DNA from: a virus
Taxonomy: Duplodnaviria > Caudoviricetes
IMG/VR virus record: IMGVR_UViG_3300023263_000004
Coordinates: 1-44,715 of that record
Strand: one strand, 5' to 3'
Length of the DNA stretch: 44,715 bases
The notes beneath the pieces are model-generated. The model ran no database searches, had not been told where the DNA came from, and saw only the letters and a program-made list of their open reading frames with translations. Of this stretch, positions 26,961-35,441 are shown one piece after another. Every line of letters starts with the position of its first letter. Positions within the stretch are counted from its first letter, which is position 1. Made by a program: the position numbers and the translations under genes.

Positions 26961-27694
26961 GCGACAAGCACTTCGCATCGGTTCAGCTTCTGTGCGGCTT
27001 CAACGGCGCCGACGCGGCTACTGCATTTACGGACGAAAGCACCGCGGCCCGTGTGGCAACGTTCGTCGGCAACGCGCAACTGGACACGGCCCAAGCCAAG
27101 TGGGGATCGGCTTCGCTGCTGGTGGACGGCACGGGCGACTGGGTTACGTTTCCAGATGCCGCGGCGTTCACGCTGGGAACGTCCGACTTCACGCTTGAGT
27201 GTTGGGTGCGCGCCGCCGCGCTTGGCGCGTCATTGCGTGGAATTTTCGGGCAGTGGGAAGCGGGCGGCAATCAGCGCGGGTCCGGGATTTTCTACAACGG
27301 CACGTCGAATCAGATCGAGTTCTTCTACTCGACCACGGGAGCGAATAGCGCGAGCTTCACCGGAGCCTATACGCTGGCGCTCAATACGTGGGCGCACTTC
27401 GCCGTCACCAGATCGGGCGCAGACCTGCGCCTTTTCGCCGATGGAGTTCAGTGTGGGACGACGGGGAATATCGGTGCTTCTTCGATCTTCAACAGCACGG
27501 CGACGATGAAAGTCGGGCTGGTGAGTGCGGCGGGGACGCCTTGGAATGGCTGGATCGATGATGCGAGATTCACCGTCGGCGTTGCGCGTTACGTTGCGAA
27601 CTTCCGGCCCCCGCGTGGGCCATTCGATCGGCGCAAGAATCTCGGGGTGCTGGGCGGCTATCGGCAACCGATTGTGGCGGCGACGAGCCTCTAA
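26957..27694 (+). CDS. LamG/concanavalin A-like lectin domain protein (putative receptor-binding)
   Basis: DFTLECWV, WAHFAVTRSG, LFADG, WNGWIDDARFT.GVARY. Confidence 0.88.
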   Translation: MSDKHFASVQLLCGFNGADAATAFTDESTAARVATFVGNAQLDTAQAKWGSASLLVDGTGDWVTFPDAAAFTLGTSDFTLECWVRAAALGASLRGIFGQWEAGGNQRGSGIFYNGTSNQIEFFYSTTGANSASFTGAYTLALNTWAHFAVTRSGADLRLFADGVQCGTTGNIGASSIFNSTATMKVGLVSAAGTPWNGWIDDARFTVGVARYVANFRPPRGPFDRRKNLGVLGGYRQPIVAATSL

Positions 27695-27816
27695 GCCTTC
27701 GGGCTCTTTTCCGCATCACGATAGGCGCAGAACAGAATCGAGGCGCAGACGACCCACGCGACCAGGCAGGCCAGCGCCAGCACGATCAGGACCCACGTGG
27801 GGATTGTCTCGGGCAC
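27691..27816 (-). CDS. small membrane protein (41 aa, not in the ORF track)
   Basis: MPETIPTWVLIVLALACLVAWVVCASILFCAYRDAEKSPKA. Confidence 0.5.
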   Translation of the reverse strand: MPETIPTWVLIVLALACLVAWVVCASILFCAYRDAEKSPKA

Positions 27817-27821
27817 GTCGG

Positions 27822-28049
27822 CTAGTTATCGCGGACCCGACGGGCGCGCAGGGTGTCGCGCAACCCCAGGATGGTCCACGGCCCTTGACTGCTTGGCGGG
27901 GTGCTGGCGCAGAGCGATTTCTTACCCTCGCCGACGGCTTGCAGGTTTTCCAGCACCAGCACGACGTCCGGGAACTCAGGCGACAACCAGCGGGTGTACT
28001 CCTGAATCGCGAGCTTCAACCGGGCCAGCTCTTCGGCTTCCTTGCTCAT
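27822..28049 (-). CDS. hypothetical protein
   Basis: ATG at 28049 (MSKEAEELARLK...), overlapping the upstream stop. Confidence 0.6.
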   Translation of the reverse strand: MSKEAEELARLKLAIQEYTRWLSPEFPDVVLVLENLQAVGEGKKSLCASTPPSSQGPWTILGLRDTLRARRVRDN

Positions 28050-28216
28050 TGGCCGCCACCCGCAATAGCAGCCCCGTGGCGACGCGATCCCGTCAAAGTG
28101 GCCCGGTAGCACTTCCCCGTGGGGATGCGCTTGGACAGCGGCACGAAGAACGGGCGGACGGCCACCACGTAGATCAGCAGGCCAGCGACCACGCAACCGA
28201 GAAGAACGAACCACAT
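28046..28216 (-). CDS. small membrane protein
   Basis: GGAGG RBS; MWFVLLGCVVAGLLIYVVAV hydrophobic helix. Confidence 0.55.
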   Translation of the reverse strand: MWFVLLGCVVAGLLIYVVAVRPFFVPLSKRIPTGKCYRATLTGSRRHGAAIAGGGQ

Positions 28217-28401
28217 AAAGCCTCCGTGGCGGAAAAACGGACCGGGCGAACGCTCGGGTGCTGATCTTAGCGGTCCAGTCTCAGCGGGTGCTTGCAGCCG
28301 CTGGGGTTCAGCGCGTCGCCCGGTCCATGAAAGGGACTCGAGGAAAGAAGTGCGAAGTCCGCACCAGGAAGAACCCGTCGCCGGGCGCTGCCTGGTGCGG
28401 G

Positions 28402-28614
28402 CTACTTGTAGCCGGCGCACCGGGGGCAATGCTTCTCCCCGTCAATGACCGCCACCAGGTCGTGCGTGGACATGAACTGAGAGCCGCAGCAGGCGCACTT
28501 GCCGAAGTAGCTGCCGCCGCCGACATAGGTCCCGATGGTGATGAACTTGCGGGCGCCGACGGTTTCGAGGGCTGGCAGTGGCGCGCGTTGGGGGACGTAT
28601 TGAAGCTCGACCAT
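28402..28614 (-). CDS. small zinc-ribbon protein
   Basis: CACC...CPRC. Confidence 0.6.
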   Translation of the reverse strand: MVELQYVPQRAPLPALETVGARKFITIGTYVGGGSYFGKCACCGSQFMSTHDLVAVIDGEKHCPRCAGYK

Positions 28615-28697
28615 GTGGGCACCCGTTGTGTTGTTCGACGGTGGCCAATGTAGCGTGGCGTGCAGGTTCCGGCAAGTGACGGGGGTCGCACTCCTGG

Positions 28698-28741
28698 GAT
28701 TTCTCCCGGGTTAAAACCCCCATTTAATACCGGGAGAAATC
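28698..28741. repeat. 12-bp perfect inverted repeat around an AT-rich core
   Basis: GATTTCTCCCGG (28698-28709) / CCGGGAGAAATC (28730-28741). Confidence 0.85.
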
Positions 28742-29252
28742 AACGGGCGCGCGGCTTCCTTCCGTTCCCAGCCAGCCGCGTTTTGCGGCCGGTACGGTAT
28801 ACCGAGGTGGCTGCTTTGGCTTCGCTACCCCTTTTGCGGGGGTCAGTCGCCCACCGGTGGATTAAGGCCACCGGCCCTATCCCCTGCGTCCGGTCCGATC
28901 GCCTCTTTCAACCGTTCGAAGTAGTTGAGAGAACGAGAGCCAGGCGCACGGGATAGGTGCGAAGTTGTCAGGATATCGCCACGTCTTTCCTGGGGTCGGA
29001 AGTCGCGCACGTCTGCCGTCTGGTTAAGCTCAACGGTCGCGCAAAGGGCCCCGCGCTGGAGTGCTCCCAGCTCAGGCGCGCGTGTTGCCCGCGCCGGGCG
29101 TGTTCGGTTTTCTGTGCGGCGTCCCCGAGTCGGGACCGATGCTTTCGCGGCACGCGCGGAAGCTCAACCGCAAGCAGTAGGGGGCAGATGCTGGCGCGGC
29201 CGCTATCCCTTGTGAGATAGTTCGCACGCCAGTTGGGAAACCGGCACCCGTT

Positions 29253-29314
29253 GTTGTCAGTTGAGCGTCAACGCCCGAAGGCTGCAAACCTTCGGGCGTT
29301 GTCATTTGAGCGTC
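29253..29314. repeat. 13-bp hairpin interlocked with a 17-bp direct repeat
   Basis: CAACGCCCGAAGG-ctgcaaa-CCTTCGGGCGTTG (29269-29301); GTTGTCA[G/T]TTGAGCGTC at 29253 and 29298. Confidence 0.85.
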
Positions 29315-29494
29315 CGAAATGCTCCGATGTCCAGCCGTTGTAATCGGTGGGCGGAACCGGTATGGAGTGCAGGCCAGCCGGTCCCGTGTCGGGTTAGTCC
29401 CCCGCAAACTCCCCCTGAGTCGAGCACGCGGCCGGCTGGCGACTTGCCAGGGTGTAGCCTGCGTCCCTGATGCAATCCGCCAGGGTGCAACCTG

Positions 29495-30499
29495 TCAAAA
29501 GCGGCCGAGGCTCATGTACTGGGCGATCCAGAGGGCCGCGACTTCCGCATTGATCGTGTTGCCGTAACCGCGCAATCGCAGAACACGCGCGGGAGTCCCA
29601 TCAACCAGCGGGAATGTGCCGGGTTCAACTGGCCGCGCTCTTCCGTCTCGACAGGGGAGCCAATCGGCGTCGGTCCAGAATGTACGACCTGATTGTTGAG
29701 CTGTTCCCCTTTCTTGCCGCCGCCCCGTTCCTCGTAGCTCCTGGAGTTCGCGAACCGGTAATCCCGGGCCGCTGGCGTCGCCCACGTTGCGAGCTGGGCT
29801 TGCAGGTTCAGCGCGGTCAGACTCACGCCGCACTTGCCGGCCAGCCTTTTCTTGCGCTCGAGGAACTGTTCCAGCGTTCCACCGGCTTCCGTCATTGTCG
29901 GTGTTGACCAGCCGGCCAGCGCCGCTATCTGGTTCAGCGGCCGCCCCGTGTCCCACGGTCGCGAATCCTTCGCCCCGCGGACCGCATCCATGACTGTAGG
30001 TGTCGGCCACGAAGAACAACCGCTGGCGGATGTTGGGTGCGCCAACGCCCGGTGCGCATAGATCGGCGCACCCGACGGAGTACGCCGCACCTTCCAGGTC
30101 AGGTCGTACAACGTCGAGCCAAGCGAGGCCGTCGCCGCCCGATACCTGCTCACCAAAGACAACGTCAGGGCGGCGCTGTTGGATGAGATGGAACCAGGAA
30201 GGCCATAGGTGCCGCTCATCAGCAAGCCCAGCTCTGCCGCCTGCCGTGCTGAAAGGCTGGCAAGGGCAGGACCCGGTCCAGACGGGGCGGTCGTCGGGCC
30301 ACCCTGCGAGGCGCAGGGCGTAGGACCAGACGCCAATGCCGGCGAAGAAGTGGCACTGCGTATATCGAGCCAGTTCATCTGGTCGAACATCTCTGACGTC
30401 ACGTTCGTCAACCTCCCCAGGCGCGAGCACGCCAGCGCGTATGAGTTCCCGAAGCCACGCGGCTATCTTCGGGTCGATTTCGTTGTAGTAGGCCGCCAC
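29495..30499 (-). CDS. C5 cytosine DNA methyltransferase, alpha (catalytic) chain
   Basis: HFFAGIG, GSCPCQPFS (catalytic PC), FGEQV, RQRLFFV, LRGYGNTI. Confidence 0.9.
   Translation of the reverse strand: MAAYYNEIDPKIAAWLRELIRAGVLAPGEVDERDVRDVRPDELARYTQCHFFAGIGVWSYALRLAGWPDDRPVWTGSCPCQPFSTAGGRAGLADERHLWPSWFHLIQQRRPDVVFGEQVSGGDGLAWLDVVRPDLEGAAYSVGCADLCAPGVGAPNIRQRLFFVADTYSHGCGPRGEGFATVGHGAAAEPDSGAGRLVNTDNDGSRWNAGTVPRAQEKAGRQVRRESDRAEPASPARNVGDASGPGLPVRELQELRGTGRRQERGTAQQSGRTFWTDADWLPCRDGRARPVEPGTFPLVDGTPARVLRLRGYGNTINAEVAALWIAQYMSLGRF
29512..30411 (-). CDS. nested alternative-frame ORF, probable beta chain of the C5 methyltransferase
   Basis: Open for 299 codons inside the alpha gene; WPTP/WSTP/WATP repeats and a motif IX-like GQLNPAHSRWLMGLP. 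Start uncertain. Confidence 0.7.
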   Translation of the reverse strand: MTNVTSEMFDQMNWLDIRSATSSPALASGPTPCASQGGPTTAPSGPGPALASLSARQAAELGLLMSGTYGLPGSISSNSAALTLSLVSRYRAATASLGSTLYDLTWKVRRTPSGAPIYAHRALAHPTSASGCSSWPTPTVMDAVRGAKDSRPWDTGRPLNQIAALAGWSTPTMTEAGGTLEQFLERKKRLAGKCGVSLTALNLQAQLATWATPAARDYRFANSRSYEERGGGKKGEQLNNQVVHSGPTPIGSPVETEERGQLNPAHSRWLMGLPRVFCDCAVTATRSMRKSRPSGSPST

Positions 30500-30502
30500 G
30501 CG

Positions 30503-30790
30503 CTATTGCAGCTTCGGCAGTTCGCCGAGCTCACAAAGCCCGCACACGTCGCCGACGAAGGCCAGCTCCGTCTTGCAGTTCGGACAAAGCACGGCCACGA
30601 CTTCGAGATCCGCGGAGAGATCCCCCTGCGCTTTCGTGATGGCCGCACGGATCGGGTCGTCGGGCGACTTGTGGCACGCGCACGCGCACCACATCCGCGG
30701 CAGGACACGATGATCAGCGCAGCGCATCGCGTCCGAGAACGAGCACCCACACGGCTTCCGGGTTGGCGTGTTGCTTACTGGTTCGCTCAT
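30503..30790 (-). CDS. Cys-rich hypothetical protein
   Basis: ATG at 30790; CGC, CACACH, CPNC..CGLC. Confidence 0.6.
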   Translation of the reverse strand: MSEPVSNTPTRKPCGCSFSDAMRCADHRVLPRMWCACACHKSPDDPIRAAITKAQGDLSADLEVVAVLCPNCKTELAFVGDVCGLCELGELPKLQ

Positions 30791-31170
30791 GGCAGCGCGT
30801 CCGGCTTGATGACCAGGCGCGGCGGGCTCAGTGGCTCCAGTCCGTCGAGCTTGCACTTTCCCTTGCGTCGCCATTCGTGGGCAAGGTGCTCGAAGCGCTG
30901 GCCGAAATCCTCGCGGCCGGTGATGTAGTTCAGCCACTCGTGGACTTCCTGTTCGCATCGCTTGGCGTCGCATTCGATGACCGCGACCGCGGCTTGCCGC
31001 AAGTCATTGTCCAGCGCGCGAAGTTCTGCAAGATCCAACGGGAAGCGCTGGCCGTTGTACAGCGCAAGCAATACGCCGGTTGCGACGCGGGCGCCGGATG
31101 TGCCCATGTGCTGCTGGGTGACGTTCCACAACGCGACCAGCGCGGGGAGATTCATTGACGGGGTGCTCAT
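30787..31170 (-). CDS. hypothetical protein
   Basis: GGAGG RBS; SGARVA..LLALYNGQRFPLDLAELRALD. Confidence 0.75.
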   Translation of the reverse strand: MSTPSMNLPALVALWNVTQQHMGTSGARVATGVLLALYNGQRFPLDLAELRALDNDLRQAAVAVIECDAKRCEQEVHEWLNYITGREDFGQRFEHLAHEWRRKGKCKLDGLEPLSPPRLVIKPDALP

Positions 31171-31188
31171 GGTGGGAAACCTCCTGCG

Positions 31189-31551
31189 TTACTTGACCAG
31201 ATAGAAACCGGTGTCGATGAGCCACGCGACCAGCGCCGGCGCGCTGACCATGTTGGCGACTTCCTGAACCTGCCCCGCCATTAGCGACGCATAGCCCCAA
31301 GCGTTCTCAATGCCGCAGCGCTGGCGGATCTGCCGGGCGTAGGTGACGAGTTCGCCGGCTTTGTTGACCAGCCGGACCTGCACGTATTCGGAGTCGTGCA
31401 CGACTTCGCGGACGGCGTCGAAGTCGGCGACGTTGCCGATCGACACCAGCGGCGCCACCGGGGCGGGCGTGTCATCAATGGGGACCGACATGCGGACGGG
31501 GCGGCCCATGCGGTCGAAGCTGTTGAAGGTCTGGATTCTGATGTTGTTCAT
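31189..31551 (-). CDS. hypothetical protein
   Basis: AGGAG RBS and ATG at 31551 (MNNIRIQTF...). Confidence 0.65.
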   Translation of the reverse strand: MNNIRIQTFNSFDRMGRPVRMSVPIDDTPAPVAPLVSIGNVADFDAVREVVHDSEYVQVRLVNKAGELVTYARQIRQRCGIENAWGYASLMAGQVQEVANMVSAPALVAWLIDTGFYLVK

Positions 31552-31579
31552 GGTCTGGGGACTCCTGTTCGTTGATCCG

Positions 31580-31804
31580 TTAACCGTCCACCGTCTCGCA
31601 TACGTCGTCGATCTCATCGGCCGCGATCTTCATCGCGTGATCGAAGGCGAGGCGGGCATTCACGAAGCGGGCGAACTTCTTTTCGCTTTCCTCTTTCTCG
31701 CACATCTGCCAGTTGTAGACCGTGAAGAGGTCCGGGGCGGTCTGTTCGACCGTGATGATCTGGCACATCTCGGTCGGTCCAATCTGCAACTTTGAAATCA
31801 GCAT
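31580..31804 (-). CDS. hypothetical protein
   Basis: 74 aa, first gene downstream of the operator/promoter-like site. Confidence 0.6.
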   Translation of the reverse strand: MLISKLQIGPTEMCQIITVEQTAPDLFTVYNWQMCEKEESEKKFARFVNARLAFDHAMKIAADEIDDVCETVDG

Positions 31805-31837
31805 CGCGGCACCCGTGTTGTTTGTTTCGACGGTGCC

Positions 31838-31860
31838 AATATAGCGTGACGCGCAGGTTT
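31838..31860 (-). promoter_or_regulatory. operator-like site overlapping a -10-like TATATT
   Basis: Minus strand reads AAACCTGCGCGTCACGCTATATT and shares the AAACCTGCGCG half-site with 44500. Confidence 0.55.
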
Positions 31861-31933
31861 TGACATGACGCCGGTCACAGTTTCGCCGGCTTCTGGCGGG
31901 AACTGGCCGGTCCTGGAAGCCCGGGCGGGGCTG

Positions 31934-32164
31934 CTACAGCAGGGACCCTTGGGCGGGGATCGGTGGGGCTGCTGGGCCATCCTGGGCCGTTTCTGGGCGG
32001 TTTACGCCGTCCTGGGTGGGGAAATGTGGGGGACGGGCGCAAGGGGCGTGGAGCCACCGGTGGAGGGGCGCCGGGTCGTACTCGACCAGATAGGGGAACA
32101 GGCTGCGGGCGACCTCGCCGGGCTGGCCGCAAGCCTCACAGCTCACGGGGTCAACCTTGGACAC
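31934..32164 (-). CDS. hypothetical protein
   Basis: CEAC...WLHAPC; overlaps the HTH gene stop. Confidence 0.5.
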   Translation of the reverse strand: MSKVDPVSCEACGQPGEVARSLFPYLVEYDPAPLHRWLHAPCARPPHFPTQDGVNRPETAQDGPAAPPIPAQGSLL

Positions 32165-32381
32165 GGGTCCCCGTGTCTGCGTAGAACTCGGGGTCGTAGA
32201 TCGCGCCCAGCGGCACGACGGCGTTGTAGTACGTGAACAGTTGCCGGGCGAGTTCCCGCTTCGGGATCTGCTGGCCCTTTTCCACGCGCGACAAGTTGGT
32301 CGGGTCCGTGCCGACGGCGGCCGCTACGACCTCAAGGCTAAGGCCGCGGCTCTTTCTGGTCTGGGTTAGAAGTGATGGCAT
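32151..32381 (-). CDS. XRE-family HTH transcriptional regulator (Cro/CI-like)
   Basis: RKSRGLSLEVVAAAVGTDPTNLSRVEKGQQIP; no C-terminal peptidase domain. Confidence 0.88.
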   Translation of the reverse strand: MPSLLTQTRKSRGLSLEVVAAAVGTDPTNLSRVEKGQQIPKRELARQLFTYYNAVVPLGAIYDPEFYADTGTRVQG

Positions 32382-32399
32382 CGCGGGCGCATCTTCTCA

Positions 32400-32422
32400 A
32401 ATCCTGCGCGCCGCGCAAGGGT
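32400..32422. promoter_or_regulatory. palindromic operator-like site upstream of the HTH gene
   Basis: TGCGCG-C-CGCGCA (32405-32417) in the divergent intergenic region. Confidence 0.55.
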
Positions 32423-32476
32423 GAGCACCCGAGGCTGTGACGTGCGTCGAGTTGACGTCTTTGCGGAAAGCTGCGC

Positions 32477-32824
32477 ATGATGCAGGCACAACGACCACGG
32501 GAGCCACCGATGACCGGACACGAGAAAGCGCGGGCCCACACTCCGCGCGCTGATGTTGCGCGGCTGGAGAAGAACGACCAACGCTGGTCCATCTGGCTGG
32601 CGCCGGAAGCAACGGTCGTCGAACTGGCCCTGCTGCTGGGCGGCATCCCCTGCAAGCTGGAAGCGCACAACATGGGCGAGGGTGCGTTCGCCCTGATCCC
32701 AGTTGAACCGCACTCGCCTTGTCCGACGGCGGACCAGCTCGCGGCGCTGTTCGAGAGGGGGCTGGGAAAGCCATTGCCGTCATTGCGCCAAGTTGAAGAC
32801 CCTGTCGACGCTCTGGTCCCGTAG
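32477..32824 (+). CDS. hypothetical protein (start uncertain)
   Basis: First rightward ORF; TTGACG-N18-CATGAT promoter-like sequence at its 5' end. Confidence 0.55.
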   Translation: MMQAQRPREPPMTGHEKARAHTPRADVARLEKNDQRWSIWLAPEATVVELALLLGGIPCKLEAHNMGEGAFALIPVEPHSPCPTADQLAALFERGLGKPLPSLRQVEDPVDALVP

Positions 32825-32913
32825 CAACCGCAGAGGCAGGGCGGAGGTGAACCTTGGCATGCGGTTAGGTTTGTCTCTCACGGGACAGCTTCTATAAACG
32901 GGAGAACAATTCG

Positions 32914-33126
32914 ATGAGCACGTCCGAAGAAGCGGTCGACGTTGCGCCGGCGATTCTCACATTCACGGGACGGGTCGATGCTGGCCAGGACGCGGAGCTT
33001 TCGGCGATCGTGCTTTGCGTTCAAGTGCTGGAAGGCAAGGACCTCGGCGACGACCTGACGATGGAGGGGCGCCGGCGCATCGTCGATTACCTTGTGTCGC
33101 GCTACCGAGCATTGGAAGGGACATGA
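32914..33126 (+). CDS. hypothetical protein
   Basis: GGAG RBS; coupled to the next gene. Confidence 0.6.
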   Translation: MSTSEEAVDVAPAILTFTGRVDAGQDAELSAIVLCVQVLEGKDLGDDLTMEGRRRIVDYLVSRYRALEGT

Positions 33127-33314
33127 GCAAGCCGACGGCGGCGGACTGGCAACGGCTGGCCAATCTGAAAAAGAACAACGCGCGGAAGGTGGCCGAGCTG
33201 CGCGCGCTCCGACTGGGAGACGGGAAGCGCGGGGACGCCCTGCGCTTGCAGAAGTCGATCGCCGAAGCGGCACGGCTGGAAAAAGAACTCAACAAACGGG
33301 ATAGGAAAACATGA
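33123..33314 (+). CDS. small basic coiled-coil protein
   Basis: ATG at 33123, with ATGA overlaps at both ends. Confidence 0.6.
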   Translation: MSKPTAADWQRLANLKKNNARKVAELRALRLGDGKRGDALRLQKSIAEAARLEKELNKRDRKT

Positions 33315-33568
33315 CAGACGAACGCCAACGGCGCACCTTCATCATTCACCCGGAATACTTTGTCTGGCCAATTTTGCTGGCGCTGGCGTGGTGGTTTCTG
33401 TGGTGGATGTTTGTGGTCCCACCAGATTCAACTCGGGCGATTCTGTGCCCCAAGCACGAACGGCGGGCCGAAACCTACCGCACGCTGGCCGATATCAGAC
33501 CCTTGAAGGACTACGAGTTGAAGGGGTGGGCGGCGAGCGACGAGTACGTGAAGCGGTGGTGCCAGTGA
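33311..33568 (+). CDS. membrane protein
   Basis: FVWPILLALAWWFLWWMFVV helix. Confidence 0.6.
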   Translation: MTDERQRRTFIIHPEYFVWPILLALAWWFLWWMFVVPPDSTRAILCPKHERRAETYRTLADIRPLKDYELKGWAASDEYVKRWCQ

Positions 33569-34149
33569 AAAAGGTTTCACGTGGAACAGGCCCAGCGGTC
33601 CGCCCCATCCTGTTCCGGGCGCCGATGCGTGCGGCCATTGCGGCGGGCGACAAGACCGAAACCCGGCGCATCGTGGACGCGAGGAACAGCACGGTGCACC
33701 CGGGCACGTTCGCAGGCGTCAACCTGGAGAGCGGCCGCGCGCGCCGATTGAGCACCCCGGAAGTGCGGGCGCGTTGTTCGTTCGAATCCGGGCGCGTAAG
33801 GGTCGTGACCGTGGCGCCAATCGTGCGGGCTGGCGATCTGTTCTGGACGAAGGCGAACCGGTTCACCAGCCGGGCGAAGTCCGAAGAAACGCTCGAGGTC
33901 CTGACGGTGGACGTTGCGCGCATCCAGGACATGACCGACGCGCAGGCGCAGGCCGAGGGGATCGCGCACTACAACCCGAAGCGCCGCGGACCCGTCCCAG
34001 CTTCGCACCGACTGAAGTTCGCCGCCCTGTGGGATGAGATCAACGGCGCCGGCGCATGGGCGCGCAACGACTGGGTGTGGATCTATCGGTTCCGACCCTT
34101 GCGCGAGAACATAGAGGCGATGCTGGCGCGCTGGGAGTCGAAGCCGTGA
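33565..34149 (+). CDS. ASCH/PUA-like phage protein
   Basis: GTG at 33565; RPILF..M..AI..G.KTETRR, RIQDMT..QAQAEG, FAALWDEING..W..N.WVW. Confidence 0.75.
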   Translation: MKKVSRGTGPAVRPILFRAPMRAAIAAGDKTETRRIVDARNSTVHPGTFAGVNLESGRARRLSTPEVRARCSFESGRVRVVTVAPIVRAGDLFWTKANRFTSRAKSEETLEVLTVDVARIQDMTDAQAQAEGIAHYNPKRRGPVPASHRLKFAALWDEINGAGAWARNDWVWIYRFRPLRENIEAMLARWESKP

Positions 34150-34487
34150 CGCCTTTTCCATGCTTCAGCAGCGCGCACCCCAACGGCTTACCGGAGGTCC
34201 TGTGTGAAATGCCCCGCTGCCACGCGCCGGCGACGTCGCTGGTATGGATGCGGCTGGCGCAGGACTTTAGCCGCGACGTTCACCTTCGCCTTTGCGTTAC
34301 TTGCACGATTTCTGCCCGTGCGAACGCTGCGTCGGTTCTGGCGCTGGCGACGGCGCGGGATGCGGATCGTTCCGCATGGCTTGCTGATCGACACGCGGGG
34401 ACTGCGGCCAGATCCCGCGGCGGCCGCCCAGCTAGAACGAAGGCAGCAGTCGCTGACGTACTCACCTACAAACGGTTTTCATCGTGA
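34146..34487 (+). CDS. hypothetical Cys-containing protein
   Basis: GTG at 34146; CEMPRC...CVTC. Confidence 0.5.
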   Translation: MTPFPCFSSAHPNGLPEVLCEMPRCHAPATSLVWMRLAQDFSRDVHLRLCVTCTISARANAASVLALATARDADRSAWLADRHAGTAARSRGGRPARTKAAVADVLTYKRFSS

Positions 34488-34515
34488 CAACGTCCAGCAG
34501 CGCAAGGGGTAGAGC

Positions 34516-34692
34516 ATGAAGAAAGTCGTCAACGTCCTGTCCGTCCTGGTCGTGCTGCCCATCTGGTACTACCTGGTCTGGTGGCTTCTGAAGAGGGCCG
34601 ACGCCGGCGAGCTGCAGATGTTCCTTTTCTGGGTCTACGTGCCCGTGGGCTTGCTGTGCTCAGTCACCACCCGCCTTGTCGAGAAGGACTAA
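34516..34692 (+). CDS. small two-helix membrane protein (58 aa, not in the ORF track)
   Basis: MKKVVNVLSVLVVLPIWYYLVWWLL...MFLFWVYVPVGLL; TAATG overlap with the next gene. Confidence 0.6.
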   Translation: MKKVVNVLSVLVVLPIWYYLVWWLLKRADAGELQMFLFWVYVPVGLLCSVTTRLVEKD

Positions 34693-34970
34693 TGAAAGGG
34701 TTCTGCACATCGAAGCGGCCGCTGCGCTTCTGGCAATACCAGCCGACGGCCGAGGCGCTTCCCATGTGGGTCGCGATCCATTGCAACATCAACGAAGGGG
34801 CGACCGTGTCGAAGGCGCCGAATATTACCGTCCATGTCCCGGGCGAAGAGTGGACGCTGGACCCGGGCGACTTCGTTGTCGAGCACGCCAACGGCACGCC
34901 GTTCGTGTTGAGCGAGGGCGAGTTCGCGCAGATGTTCGACATGTGCGCCGAACAGACGCGTGGCACGTGA
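34692..34970 (+). CDS. hypothetical phage protein
   Basis: ATG at 34692; PGDFVV...EFAQMFD. Confidence 0.6.
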   Translation: MKGFCTSKRPLRFWQYQPTAEALPMWVAIHCNINEGATVSKAPNITVHVPGEEWTLDPGDFVVEHANGTPFVLSEGEFAQMFDMCAEQTRGT

Positions 34971-35248
34971 GCTTCCCCAAGCACTTAATCGTCACCGCAT
35001 GGGCGCCCGAGATCGAGGGATGCGGCGCCGAACTGGAGATCAAATGGCAAGTGATCCAAACAACGAAGCGGGGCCGGACGCACCGCACCCTCGTGACGAT
35101 GAAGGTGGACCGGTTCGTGGTCCGGCAACTGATGGAGCAAGTGGCACGGATGCAGGACAGGGACCGCGAGCGATTGGCGACGGAAGCTGGGAGACTACAT
35201 TCGGAGATCCAGCCCCTAACCCGCCCCGCAGGTTCTGGGACCGGCTGA
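34967..35248 (+). CDS. hypothetical protein
   Basis: GTGA overlap; MSFPKHLIVTAW... Confidence 0.55.
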   Translation: MSFPKHLIVTAWAPEIEGCGAELEIKWQVIQTTKRGRTHRTLVTMKVDRFVVRQLMEQVARMQDRDRERLATEAGRLHSEIQPLTRPAGSGTG

Positions 35249-35441
35249 TTCGGCCGACGCTCTGGCGAAAAGGTCGAGTACTCCGCGGCCGGGTGAACCG
35301 CGTGAGCCGCATCGCATCCGGCGAAACGTCGGTGGTCGTGCGCTTCGGGATGGATGAACCCGACGCGAACAAGCTGCTGCCTGGGACCATGATCGAAGTC
35401 GTGGAACTGCGCGGCGGCATCCCGCCGAAGGACGCGAAGCC

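Noticed and set aside
29253-29314. Mini-CRISPR array
   Set aside because: Only two 17-bp copies, a palindromic spacer and no cas genes.
29072-29407. 111-aa minus-strand ORF, and other ORFs at 28660-29490, as a replication protein
   Set aside because: No HTH or Rep motifs, and the composition follows the hairpins. A short real peptide cannot be excluded.
31934-31951. C-terminal QGSLL as a beta-clamp-binding motif
   Set aside because: A five-residue match in a low-confidence ORF is too weak alone.
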